Assembly: GCA_964304625.1 (NCBI GenBank)
Contig: OZ199839.1
Span: 263,970-327,969, forward strand
Origin: Kudoa neothunni
Taxonomy: Eukaryota > Animalia > Cnidaria
DNA: 64,000 nt
Reading direction: 5' to 3'
Below the pieces are notes generated by a model. It made no database searches. It was not told the DNA's origin and saw only the letters and a list, made by a program, of their open reading frames with translations. Below, in pieces: positions 1 to 12,149 of the stretch. Both the position numbers and the translations under genes were made by a program. The first letter of the stretch is position 1. Every line of letters begins with the position of its first letter.

Positions 1-1479
1 TCATTTTCATCCAAAAATATTATCTACACATATGAATATCCAAATTTTTCTATTAATTACTTTATAATGTTATTTTATCATCACATTACTTTAAAGTTTT
101 ATCTTGCTAGTTTTTCAATGAAATTGAAGAAAAAAATCAGTTATTTTTGTTTGAAAATAGGCGGTTTATTAATTCAGTTACTAATTCTTTAACCGTAACC
201 ATTCCCAAATCAATTTTAACGTATTAAAGTAATCGAATACGGCATATTTAAATATTTTTGGATATTCCTCTCCGAATAACACATTTATGCATAATATTTT
301 TCTCTAATTGGCTCCACCACACAAGTAGAGTTTTGGATAGAAGTAGGATCTGGATGTTTTTGAAATTATCGATCGATTAAGGACAATATGAGCACCGTTA
401 TAATGAAATAAAAACCTTCCTGTTTTCATTTATGAACCTCCGGTTCATATCTTTGAGGTCTGATAAAACATAGATGAAAATAATCACACATTCATTCGCG
501 AATGGCACTAAACTTAAAGCTATTTAATACTCCTAAAACAGTGATTTTTCCTAAAATTTTATTATTATGTGTAATTGAAATTTATATTGGGACATTGTGG
601 AAGTGATAAACATCGTGGCACGCTTTTGAATTGTTTTTCACGCTTACATTGTGCTAATTTTTAATAGTGGACGTACGCTGTATCAGCTGTTCATAAAAAT
701 GAGATGTCGCATCAAAATTTAATATGTATCCGGATTGTATCTTGACAAGATCGCGGGAAAATTTCTCATCCATAGGTAAATATATATAAAATCAGCGCTC
801 TCCTTCTCCGTGCAATTTGAGTTTTTCAGGACGTAAGCCTTCTGCAATTATTAAATTAACCCTCGTTTCCGTTAAAATCTTTTGTTCAAATATCTTTGGC
901 AATAATACAAGATTATTTGATCATTAAAAAGTTAGATAATAGTTTTTTTCTCGCATTGAAACTACCCAATTGTAAAAATTATTTTAATATCTATATTTTC
1001 CGGACTTAAATATTTTTCAAAATTTTGAAATGTTTGAATCTATGGTTTCATCTTGTTTAGAAAAATTTCTGAAAAGATTTAAATAACCTATTTTGAATTA
1101 TCGAACAATTTTGAAGTCAATATAAATTGGTCATCTGAAACGTTTTACCGTAATATCATTAGCACACGATATAGAGTTAAAAAAATTATAGTGATCAATT
1201 ATTTTTGTTATACCTTCATAAGGTATTTGAGAACTTGCAATGCTTGATTGAAGGTTTATAGTGCATCCATCAGATTAATGGGATTAAAATAAAAACGTGT
1301 TACGCAATAGCGAGACACAAGGTTTCTTCTAATTTGCTTTAGATACGCTTGTTTAAAATTTTTGTTTTTTCGTATAATTATCCATTTAAGAATACTGGAT
1401 ATGATTTTTATGTTTCATGTAGTGAATTAAAGCACATAATGCTAATAAAACTAAATTGCGCGGTATCGAGGCACAACTG
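1..1479 (-). mobile_element. Decayed pogo/Tigger-like DNA transposon, truncated by the window edge
   Basis: Minus-strand fragments read KLHGEGE.. (~795-825) and ILNFDATSHFYEQLIQRT (~670-725), matching pogo HGE..S and N.DETGLFY motifs. A TIR-like end ta|cagttgtgcctcgataccgcg ends at 1479. Many stops and frameshifts. Confidence 0.55.
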
Positions 1480-1661
1480 TATGTTAAAATGAGCTAAGTA
1501 TTAATTCGGAGACAATTATCAATTATTTTATTAGAAATAAAAATGGAAATTTTAAAGTTTAATTTTGTAATTTTTTTATGATAAAGTGCCCACTTGAGAG
1601 AATTGAAACAAGGAGGAACCTGATAATATTAAACTCAACAATCATACAAGTAAAGTTTGAG

Positions 1662-1693
<32 letters not shown>

Positions 1694-2229
1694 AATATAT
1701 TTGAATACGTATTGAGGATATCATTCTATCAAGACTATTTGATACACACCCAACAATGGTGGGAGTTTTTAAATTATCTAATGAGAAATTTCGCCGATAA
1801 AAAGAGTTTTTGATTATAGTTAAAAAATATTGATTAAATTCGACATTAAACCCTTATGTTATATAATATTTCTAAGTCATAAATAATTGTTATAAATTTG
1901 ATATAAAATATTGTCGTTATTACTATGCATGTGTATGCCATTTACGTAAATTAAACTGTTTCCAAAAGTTACACAAATTTATTATATTTTTAACTTATTT
2001 ATACTTTATTAGATTAGTTTATATAGTGTATCTAATTTATATTTTATTAATTTTTTTAATTAATTTAATCTGCTTTAATTTCCCACTGATGAAATCATTA
2101 CGTATTCCATGTTGCATAGCATTTGACCTCAAATATGTCCATCCTGAATATTTTCTATATTTATTTAGGGTACTTTTCATATCTATTTATAGGATTAAAG
2201 TCATTTGGAGAAAATTTTGAAGCTAAAAT

Positions 2230-2660
2230 CGAATGAATGCGTGCGCACACTAATTCAGAAATGAGATGAATAGTTGGGGCTGGAAGCGTGCATGTGCCGA
2301 TCAAAAGGAAGCCTACATCTTATGTGTTTTGAATTCGGAATGTATCACCGAAGTAACACATTATAACATCTTTAATGCATAATCTGACGTAGCGTAAATT
2401 GAGTTTCCACGAGTGTACGAAATCATGGAATTTTGATTTCCAAAATTGCGAGACGTTCCGAATGGCCTTTCTCGAATGTAGGAGACATAAGGTATATTAA
2501 TGACCAAATTTCTATAAACAAAATAATAAATTTACCATCTATTTATTTGGCTAGATATATCCAAAGAATCGATTTAAGGGAAGATCATTATAAATTTATT
2601 ACCTGTATATTTTCATAATTCCATTTTTGAACTATTGTTTTTTCTTTTGGCCCGCGTGAT
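2230..2660 (+). mobile_element. Possible hAT transposase C-terminal (dimerisation domain) relic
   Basis: ORF 2433 contains RRSEWPFSNVGDI, resembling the hAT SER.FS.AG.I motif. No termini found. Confidence 0.3.
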
Positions 2661-5093
2661 TTATTTTAATTAATGTTGACTTATTTGTTGACCGGAAAAA
2701 GTTTCATCATAGTTTCAATAAGCAGACAATTTTCTAAAAACGTTGCATGCATTAGATATACTAATTTGACATCACAATTATTTCAATTTGAAAAAAATTT
2801 ATAAGTTTTGGAGGTAATCAGTATTGAAATAAGATAGAAAATAGATATTCACGTGAATAACTAGCTTACACGGATGTATAAATAGACATTATTTATTGAA
2901 GGATGTTTTTTATTTTTAGTTGCTAACCAAATTGAATCGTTAACGGAGATATTACTGATAAATATAATACAATTATGTAATAAAATAGCTTTCCTTTCCG
3001 AAAGAAGACGACTACTAAAATTTAACATGACCTAAGTAAGAATTAATGTACGTAGTAGAATTATAAAAATTAATGTGGAATTATGTAGGAAATTTTTACA
3101 GTAATTTGTCGAACTGACCAAAGGAATTTAATTAGAAGAAAATTTGTGCTGCGTACGTACACATTATATAAATGTATCATTTATGAAAGAAAGAATATTT
3201 TCAAATTTAACCAACGATTTTTTAAGTGAAATAAAATAAGTATATGTGAGAGAAATTAATTTTTTTAGTATATTCTTCCGATTAATCTGACCAACCAATG
3301 AGTCTAAGTAAATTAAGCATAAATTAACGCGGTGTAGAATTAAAATGTACATGTTACGCAGATAAGAAAATGTTATGTAACAACCGATGAAAACATTTGG
3401 AAAGATTTTAAGTTTCAATAACGAATGTTAAAATATTAAAAAATAATTAAAATACACAAAGTTTAATAAATTTTTTTACTTAACCCTTCGAATCTAGATG
3501 TTGCCGAATTTTCAACTTGTGTGCATCTATTTAATTTTTGAAATGAGTGCTCCAATATTTGGATATTTTATATAAAGTTATTTAAAATTAAACCTAATGA
3601 GCAGATTTTTTTAAATCATTTAATTAATTTGGGGGTTAAAGAGTTAAATCACATCCAGAAGAAATTATAATTTCATTTACACATTCACACGCATTATTCT
3701 GAGTAAAAATGGTCATCAATTTTACTTATTATCTTTTCGATTAAATAATTCATTTATAGTTTGTGCTAACAATGATACCAAGCTGTAAGTCGACACGCAT
3801 GATATTTAGTTTTTGATACATATTTAATTTACGTATAAACTTTTAGAAAATTTATATTATTTAGGTTTATTCTATTATTAGCGATTAAAAAATAATATTT
3901 AATCAAATAGAAAAATTTATTTGTTGCTAATATAACATCTCTGAATGATTATTTTAAAAAAAGTACAATATAAAGTAAAATTAGTAACTTTTTAAAAATT
4001 TACATAACAACGAATAAAATGTATTCTTAAATATTACCTCCAAACACATTTTATTATATTCTACTAAATTATAAAATACGAATAATAACAAAACCTCAAA
4101 CATGCCTTAATTATCATGGTATTTCAATCTTTTTCTAAATTTAACAAAAAATAATTACGTAAACTATAAATTAATTGTAGTGAGTAGAAAAACATGCATG
4201 AAAAATTAAAAGAAGTACAACATGCAAAATACATGAAAATCATTGCCTTCAGAAATTTAATATGTAGTCGAATCATAAATAGAGTTAAAAATTTAAAAAG
4301 TTTTGTATAAAATTTTTATCCATTATTGTCAGGAACTATTTTTTCGAGCTTTTTAAACTAATATCAAATGGATTATGATAATGAATAAAATTATTCACCT
4401 ATAGATTTAAAAATTAGTTATCTATTAATATTTTGTTAAAACAATCAATATAAGTTTTTACTTTATACATCGATTGAGTAAGGTGATAAACTAATTAATG
4501 TTTTTAAGTCATTTTTTTCGTGTTGCAAACTCTACCTTCTTATAATGCCAAAATGAGATAAAACATCTGAAAATATAAATATAAAAAAATCATCAAATAT
4601 CTATCAAGAAATTTAATACTGTAAAAAAGAAGTAATTATTAACTAAATGAGACTGAAATAACGATTTAAATATAACAAAAAATACATTGATCTCCAAGTG
4701 GGGATTATAGCGGACAATTGGATTTTGAGGACATCCGATAGTTAATTCTAATAGATCATGACATTGATTTCAAATGGAAAAAAACGAACAAACAAAAACG
4801 GGGATGATTTATTCCCGCATGTGGATAATTCCGAGATGGATGTGACATTAGATAAGTCAGAATGTCTTAACATTGAAAAGAATGAGGCAAAGTTGGATGA
4901 TGATGATGAATTTGAATTTTAAATGGAAAATCCAAAGGAATATTTTATATCACAAAAAAAGTTGGAAATTAAAGTGACGATATTTAATGACCTACACGAT
5001 CTTATATTTCCCGCCGAGTATTTCAATTATGTTTGTGTCCGTATCCAATGCGTGAATCTGCCAACGTAAATAAATTCCCATTGTTTATCTTAA

Positions 5094-8000
5094 CCTTCTG
5101 ACAACTTTAGGGTCGATTAGGCCTCAAAGTAAAATTAAAACCGACATTACTCTTTGTGAAAACTTTAAAAATGCTTTATTTTTTTACAGTACATAATAAT
5201 AAAATTAGGGATAAATAATTACAATAATAATAGGAAAAAATTTTTATTTTCGGAGGATTTTTGGGGTCAAATTGACCCAAGTTTTTATTTTACAATTTTA
5301 TTATAATTTTTGTTAAGTAAAGTAATGGTGTTTTTTTAATTCTATCAACTCATTCTTTGGTAAAATAATGATTAATAAATCATTTTATTTTATATATAAG
5401 ATAAAGGATTTAGTGTATTTTTTCGTAAGATAGGCTACTGTTTAATCTATTGGGGTCAACTAACACTAATAGAGAAATAAAATAATGACTCAACAATCAA
5501 ATTATTAGAGTCGGTTCTATGATAGAAAATATTCATTAAAACTTGATTTTATTATTTTTGAATTATAAAGTTCCAAAGAAAAAAAAGATAGCGCCAAATT
5601 GAGCATGTGCCGAAAAGGGAACACAGAACCTTCCACGTGGGATTTCCTAATTAATAATTTGATACGTTGAATGTTTTCAGATGGTGACAATTGGCTACAA
5701 TAAATTAATTGACGCTGTTAATGAGCTTTGTGATAATGAAGAGATTGCTTCTGTAGATTTTATTACTCTTCCTCCTGAAAATGTGGATGAATTAACCGAT
5801 GAGAGGATAATGTAATACCAAATTTGGACATGGATATTGATATAATAAATATTCTTGAAATTTGTGGTGAAATTGAGGTGCAATATGAAGATCTTCAACC
5901 TGCTGATGGTAATGATAATGAAGATTGTACCTGGAATCTATTCCGCAAGAACACAAACAATGGAATTTTTAATGATCATCCTTTGTTGAATATATTAAAA
6001 GATATATGTGAAGAAGTTTTACAGAATTTTGATAATTATGGATCCTTCGATTATTTTCAATAACTTTTTGATGAAAGCATAATGTTAATGATTGTTAAAC
6101 AAACCGGTTTATATGCTTGACAGAAAAACGACCACACCTTCAATTTAATTTAACAATTTAACTGTTAACCAACTCAAGGCTTTTCTAGGCATACTGTTGT
6201 TATCAGGTTATCATACGTTACCACGCCAATATATGTATTGGGAAAACAGCATTGATTCAGGAGTAGAAGTGGCAAAAAGGCAATGACCTATAAGCAATTT
6301 AAACGCATTAAAAGGTATCTGCACTTAAACGCTAATTCTAAAGTATGCCACGATGATAAAATATTAAAATTACGACCTCTGATTGAAAAACTCAACCAAA
6401 ACTTTAAAAAATGTGGAATGTTTACCAAGAATATTTCCATCGATGAGCATATGATACCATATACAGGACATCATTCTTGTAAGATGTACATGAAAGGTAA
6501 ACCCGTTCGCTTCGTCTTTAAAAATGGATAATGGCATTTTCAAGCGAATATATTTATAATTTTTCTATTTACTCCGGCAAGTCAAAAAGTCAGAAACGTA
6601 TGATAAACAACTGGGATTCGGTGGGAGTTCAAAATTTTGTTAATGATTGTGATCTAAAAGAAATAAGCGGTGTGAAACTATTCTTCGATGATTTCTTTTC
6701 ATCATTCAAATTATTTGATAAATTATCCAAAAACAACATTAAGGAAACTGGAACAATCCGAGAGAATAGAATTTCTAAATGCTCTATAAGGCCGAAACGC
6801 TTAATAGAAAAAAACTCCGAGGCACAAGTGAACATTTTGTTACTAAATCGTCGAATATTTTGTTATCACATCGGAATGATACAAAATCTGTACTTGTTAT
6901 GTCCAATTGCTTTGGTCCATATCCAGCTAATAAAGTCAAAAGATATTGTAAATTCCAAAAACCTACTGCACAACTGATCAACCCTCTAATGTGTACATGT
7001 ACAATAAACATATGGGGGAGTATGTATAGCGGATAACTCAAGAGCTTGCTATCGGATAAAATTTAGATCCAATATGTTATCTATGGCCGTGATGAATTCT
7101 TGGAGGTTATCAAAGAAAATATTACGATCGGTCGATGGTCTCTTCTTAGCAAACAACAAAATGCGTCCATGTGTCAAAAACCATGCATAACATCTTCCTC
7201 AGATAAAAAAGAAAGAAGTGCGCTATTTGCCGGAGAACAACAATCTATTATTGCAAGAAGTGTAATGTTTATTTGCATATAGAATGTTCAGAAGGCCTTC
7301 ATAACAAATAACAATGCCATTTAATGTTCAAAATTCAAAAATTTGTTTTTATTTGAACGCGCATCTCAGCCAGCTCTATTAGGATTTTGCACGCCGAAAG
7401 TTTTACGTTCCCTTTTCGGCACTTTTGTAAAATCTATTTTTCTTCGCGTAAAGAAATTATTTTAAAATTTTTTTTCAAAAAGTGCAATAAAAATTATTTT
7501 TTTATGTTTCTGTATAATTCGAAAAATAGAACCCTTAATGGATTAATACCTTACCAATAATCTTGGATCTTGTTCGAAAATTATCGTACAAAAAAATGAT
7601 ACTTTGCGTACATTGCTTTAGTTGATAAGTTGAAGACTATATATTATTCATGCGAAAAAAATCTTGTAAATTTTAAAAATTTGATCCAAATTACCAAATT
7701 ATTTTAATAATTCTTACATATCTTCCATGAATGAACTGAGCATTAATATTTATTGCAACATGAGCATGTGGTTTGAGATTTTATATTAGTTCCTCGAAGA
7801 GAATATTTACATCGACGTCTTTTTTCGGCGATTTGGAAATTATTAGTCTGGTTCCCTAAATAGGGTGATTTTTCTTTGAGGTATTTGAGGTCCCATACAA
7901 TTCCTGATTTTCTAGCATTTGAGTTTATGAATATGTTATCTCAATTGAATCAGTTGAATCTTCTGATGAATCCAAAAAGCAGTCCTCAGGCTCGCTTCCT

Positions 8001-8488
8001 GATGATTCTAATTCGCTACTGAATTCGTTGTAATCACTCATCGACATTTGCTTAGTTAGATTTGAACATGAGGTGACAGTTAAAGTTTAGAATAAAAAAC
8101 AAACTTATAAAGTATTACGGTCTAGTGAAAATACACAAAATTACTAGTTTAGGTTATGTATTAAATTATTATTTACAGGAAATTAAAATATTTTCCCGCG
8201 AAAAGCCCAAATTATTATTTTAAACAATAAATTAGCTATTAGACAGTGGCTTACGTTTTACGATCATTTCCTAACAGCTTACGAACAATTACGTAAAAGA
8301 TTTAACAGGATTAATTGTTATATTTCATATCGTTTTATTGAAAAACTAGTCTAGTCGATAGAAATCGAAAATATCAGAAAATTCAGTTGGTAACAATTTT
8401 TGTAATTAGTTTATCAAATAATAATCTGGGGTCAAACTGACACCAAAAGACCTCCCTCCGAAGATGGTTTTTTGGCGACTTTAGAAGA
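5094..8488 (-). mobile_element. Decayed piggyBac element (outer), interrupted by a nested piggyBac
   Basis: TTAA at 5090-5093 and 8489-8492; ends ccttctga / ttagaaga. Subterminal ggggtcaa..tgac motifs at ~5263, ~5452 and ~8428. Minus-strand transposase N-terminus at ~7550-8048 (MSMSDYNEFSSELE..., RKSGIVW) resembles SKSGILW of the 42.6-kb transposase. Confidence 0.6.
5540..7542 (+). mobile_element. Decayed piggyBac (PGBD2/3-like lineage), nested
   Basis: Fragmented transposase ORFs 5824-7282 with ISIDEHMIPYTG, KGKPVRF, LFFDDFFSS, GTIRENR and a Cys-rich tail. Perfect 16-bp inverted repeat gtgccgaaaagggaac (5607-5622) / gttcccttttcggcac (7407-7422). TTAA at 5536 and 7543. Confidence 0.8.
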
Positions 8489-8656
8489 TTAATGGAAAGA
8501 TTAACAAGGGCTTCATATTATTGTGAAATTATCTATTTAAAAAAATAAATTTCAAATTGTATATAATTTCAATATTTGTTTAATACACAAAAATTCTCTA
8601 AGCAAAAGAAAAACTTAGTAAGGAAAAGGCTAATATCAATCCCATGATATTAATAA

Positions 8657-11129
8657 CCCTCTAACCGACTTGGGGTATATTACATGTATTACACCCCAAA
8701 GCACTTTTATTCTGACCATAAAATCTCGCGCGTTTTTTCAAATCTTTTAAAATTTGGGCTATTATCCTAAGTTTGTGAATTTAAGCATTTATTAAAATTT
8801 AACGAAAAAAAATTAATTGGATCACCCCCTTAAAAAAATCTATCTTCTCACCAACTTGAGGTGGGTATCACCTCAGACTTTTTTGCTTAAATTTACTTTA
8901 AAAATTATTTTAATTTGATTTGCAAATTTTCTCAAAATTCTATTGCAAGAATTTTGAGAAAAAATCGAAATTACTACAAAAAGTAATCCACTTCAGCTTA
9001 TTTCGATGACAATGTGCATTCCCGGCGAAAACCATGGTGGATATAACTCGCCTTTCCGCGGGCATAATAGCCTTGTTTTTTTAATTAAAAAATTCGATGT
9101 CGATGATATTTATGTTTAATTTTTTCATTAATTTTAAGTAAACGTTAATATGATATTTCAGTTCTGATTATAAATAAGTCTCAAAATAATAGAGAGGAGT
9201 TTACTCGAATAACGCTTCGTACACAAACAAGTTCCTGTAGAGAAATTACAATGAATGATTTTGATGAAAATCTGTCTTCTGAGAGTGAATTAGATGACTT
9301 CTTGTTAAAACCATCGAACTATACTGATGAAATTTCAGAAAGTGAGTTTAGTTATAATGCTACAACAAGCAAAAACGGAATTCTTTGGACAGTAAAGAAA
9401 CCTACGTAATCGAGGGCCTCTATGGAGAATATTATGAATTCCCATACTGGCCCAACCGCATACGCTAGCTACATAACGGGTCCCAAATATTTTGGATTGC
9501 TTTGTTATATTTTTCACAGCCCAAATTTGTGAAGAGATAACAAAATTCACAAATATATTTAGGAAAGCTAGATTTCGTGACTCATGGATTAATCTGGATG
9601 AAATAGAATTTAAAGGATTCTTGGGATCCCTAATATTAATGGCCGTTCATAATGATAGAGAGGAGCCATTGACTGAACTTTTCAATTTAACTGCAGGGTA
9701 GCCTATCTATCGGCGACTCTTCATTTATCACCAATTTCAGAAAATATTAAGATGTCTTCATTTTGATGACATGTCCACTAGAGAACAACGGAGAGAAAAC
9801 GACAAATTTTGTCCTATTCGTAATGTATGGAACATGCGGATACAAATATTGCCGATGTGTTTTGCACCTAATGAAGATGCTACTGTTGATGAGCAGTTAG
9901 TATCTTTTAGAGGAAGGTGTCTATTTAGGCAATATATGTAATTGAAACCAGCGAAATACGGGTTGAAGTTTTTTCTTCTTGTCAATCCATTGGATAATAA
10001 TATCGTAAATATTTCTCCATACCTTGGAAAAAACGGAGATGAAATTGACCGAAGCTATAGTGTTGGAGAAAGTATTGTCTTATCACTGGTAGCCCCTCAG
10101 TTTCATTCCGAAAGACCGATTATGGCAGACAACTTCTTTTCATCCTTAAAGTTTGCGACTAAGTTATTAGAGAGACAGTTAACGTATCTAGGGATCATTC
10201 GACATAACACAAGAGAATTATCACCATGTGTTTTTCCTTCCAAACACAGAGAGTTGTATAGGACCACCTTCGCATTTTTCAAAAAAAATATGTTAACAAG
10301 AAAAGGAAATGTGTGGTTATTTTGTCGACTGGGACTATTAATACGAACATTTCTAGTGAATATGAAAAGAAAAAGCCCCAACCAATATCGCGGTACAACA
10401 AAACAAAAGGGGTAATGGACACTGTTGACAGAATGTTGTCGTCTGTCTCTGTAAGACGATTTAACAGGAGATGGCTCATGGTTGTATTTTTCAATATGGT
10501 CGACTTATCATTAATAAATGCTTTGCGTTATGCAGAAACATATATAATGATAAAACGAAATTAAGATTCACTTTTTTGAAGGAAATGGCCGAGACCACCC
10601 TGTACCAGCCAGTCGCTGATGAACAGAAACATGAAAATAAATAAGTCATCAAAAGATCTTCTTCATCATCTCTCCAAAATTCAAGTGACTTATCATCAAA
10701 AATAAAACAAGGACGTTGCGTGCTTTTCCCACTCCAAAATAACATCAAATAAATGTTCGAATTGTAGTAAATTCTACTGCAAACTTCATTCTTCGAATAA
10801 ATGTACAGATTGTGCTTAAGTTAAATTCTCATTTTTTTACTATTTTATCAAAGTTTATTTTGCTTCAAAAATGTCGTTTTATGGCTGTTTGACAGTATTG
10901 TTTTGGTTTAATTTCTTCCGGAAACGTGCGATACATAACTGAAACTAATCGAGTGAGATTACTTAATGTGGTAATTTCGGGTTTTCTCAAAATTCTTACG
11001 ATAGAATTTTTTAAAAATTTGCAAATCAAATTAAAATAATTTTTAAAGTAAATATAAGCAAAAAAAGTCTGGGGTGATATTTACCCCAAGTTAGTTGGAG
11101 GGTGGTATTTTTTTTTGTAGCTTAGAGGT
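8657..11129 (+). mobile_element. Decayed piggyBac (PGBD4-like), same family as the 42.2-kb element
   Basis: Starts ccctctaacc and ends ttagaggt|ttaa. Frameshifted transposase 9251-10819 (ATVDEQLVSFRG, KPAKYGLKFF, MADNFF, MDTVDRML, terminal KCTDCA). Internal inverted repeat of ~110 bp at ~8860-8965 / ~10980-11090. Confidence 0.9.
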
Positions 11130-11230
11130 TTAATAACATCTGATAATATAAAAATAAATATTTCCAAGTTAATATTAACAAAAAATCTCCGCAAATACCA
11201 CATCACACACTACAACAATACAATCATATT

Positions 11231-12033
11231 TTAAGCGTCACTATTAATCAACTTTTTCAAGTTTCCTATTCGTTTGACATTGGCAATGTTGCTTTCAGAA
11301 TAGGCGCTATCATTTATTCGTCCGTTAATAACACTAAGTATGCGATTTAATGATTTATTGAGACCATCCTTGATTTGTGATCGCGCTAAAAATACTCATT
11401 CATATTTGTAACACAAACTATGATCACAACTTTGTTGGTCCGCATTGGAACACTCGGTGACAAAAGTTTTGTGGTGGATACTGATAATTTTTTTAAAGCA
11501 TGAACGTAAAGTTCCTACATAATCTTAGAATCTAATCTATTTCATTAAGTTACCTCCAAGATGGAGAAATTTGAAGTGGGCGTTAATTTCTGTGGTACTG
11601 TCTTCATCATTATTTATTTGGGTATCCATGAAATTCTCATTTGCAACTCTACTTATATTGTATAGAGACACAGCCGAGGATATCAACTGTTCTGAGTCTC
11701 TAGAAACACACAAAATTAATATGTTCGAATGTTTATCAGTGTATGGAGCTAGAATAAATAATATTAGTTATCATATTTGTTCAGCGCCTAACAATATTTG
11801 TGGTACCTGAAACCGAATGATATATTTTTGAAAGGCCGTAGGTACCGAAATATTTTCTGGTGATTTTCATTAGATGTGATTATTTTCATTAGATGTGATT
11901 TGATGTGTTTAACATTGAAAGTATCATTTCCTTCCAATTCATAAACTAAATATCTTCAATTTTTGTGGAAAAATTAAAATTCTATACATACAAACAATTG
12001 ATGTCGTGATTACCTTTTTTTCACTCTTGGCAT
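11231..12033 (-). CDS. Multi-exon hypothetical protein, head-to-head with MTR4
   Basis: ATG at 12033 followed by a gtaatc donor. Downstream exons bounded by GT-AG read RLRTVDILGCVSIQYK...HLE / ELYVHALKKL... / ...SQIKDGLNKSLNRIL...NSDA*. The phase of the 5' exons could not be resolved. No family recognised. Confidence 0.4.
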
Positions 12034-12149
12034 AAATATAAAAAGGACAAATAACGCCAAATCTTTAATCGAACAATCCTGCTTAAAAAACCACGCGCGC
12101 GCAACCCAAACGTGTTTGCTTCTAGTTATAGTTTGGATTGGTGAGTGTG

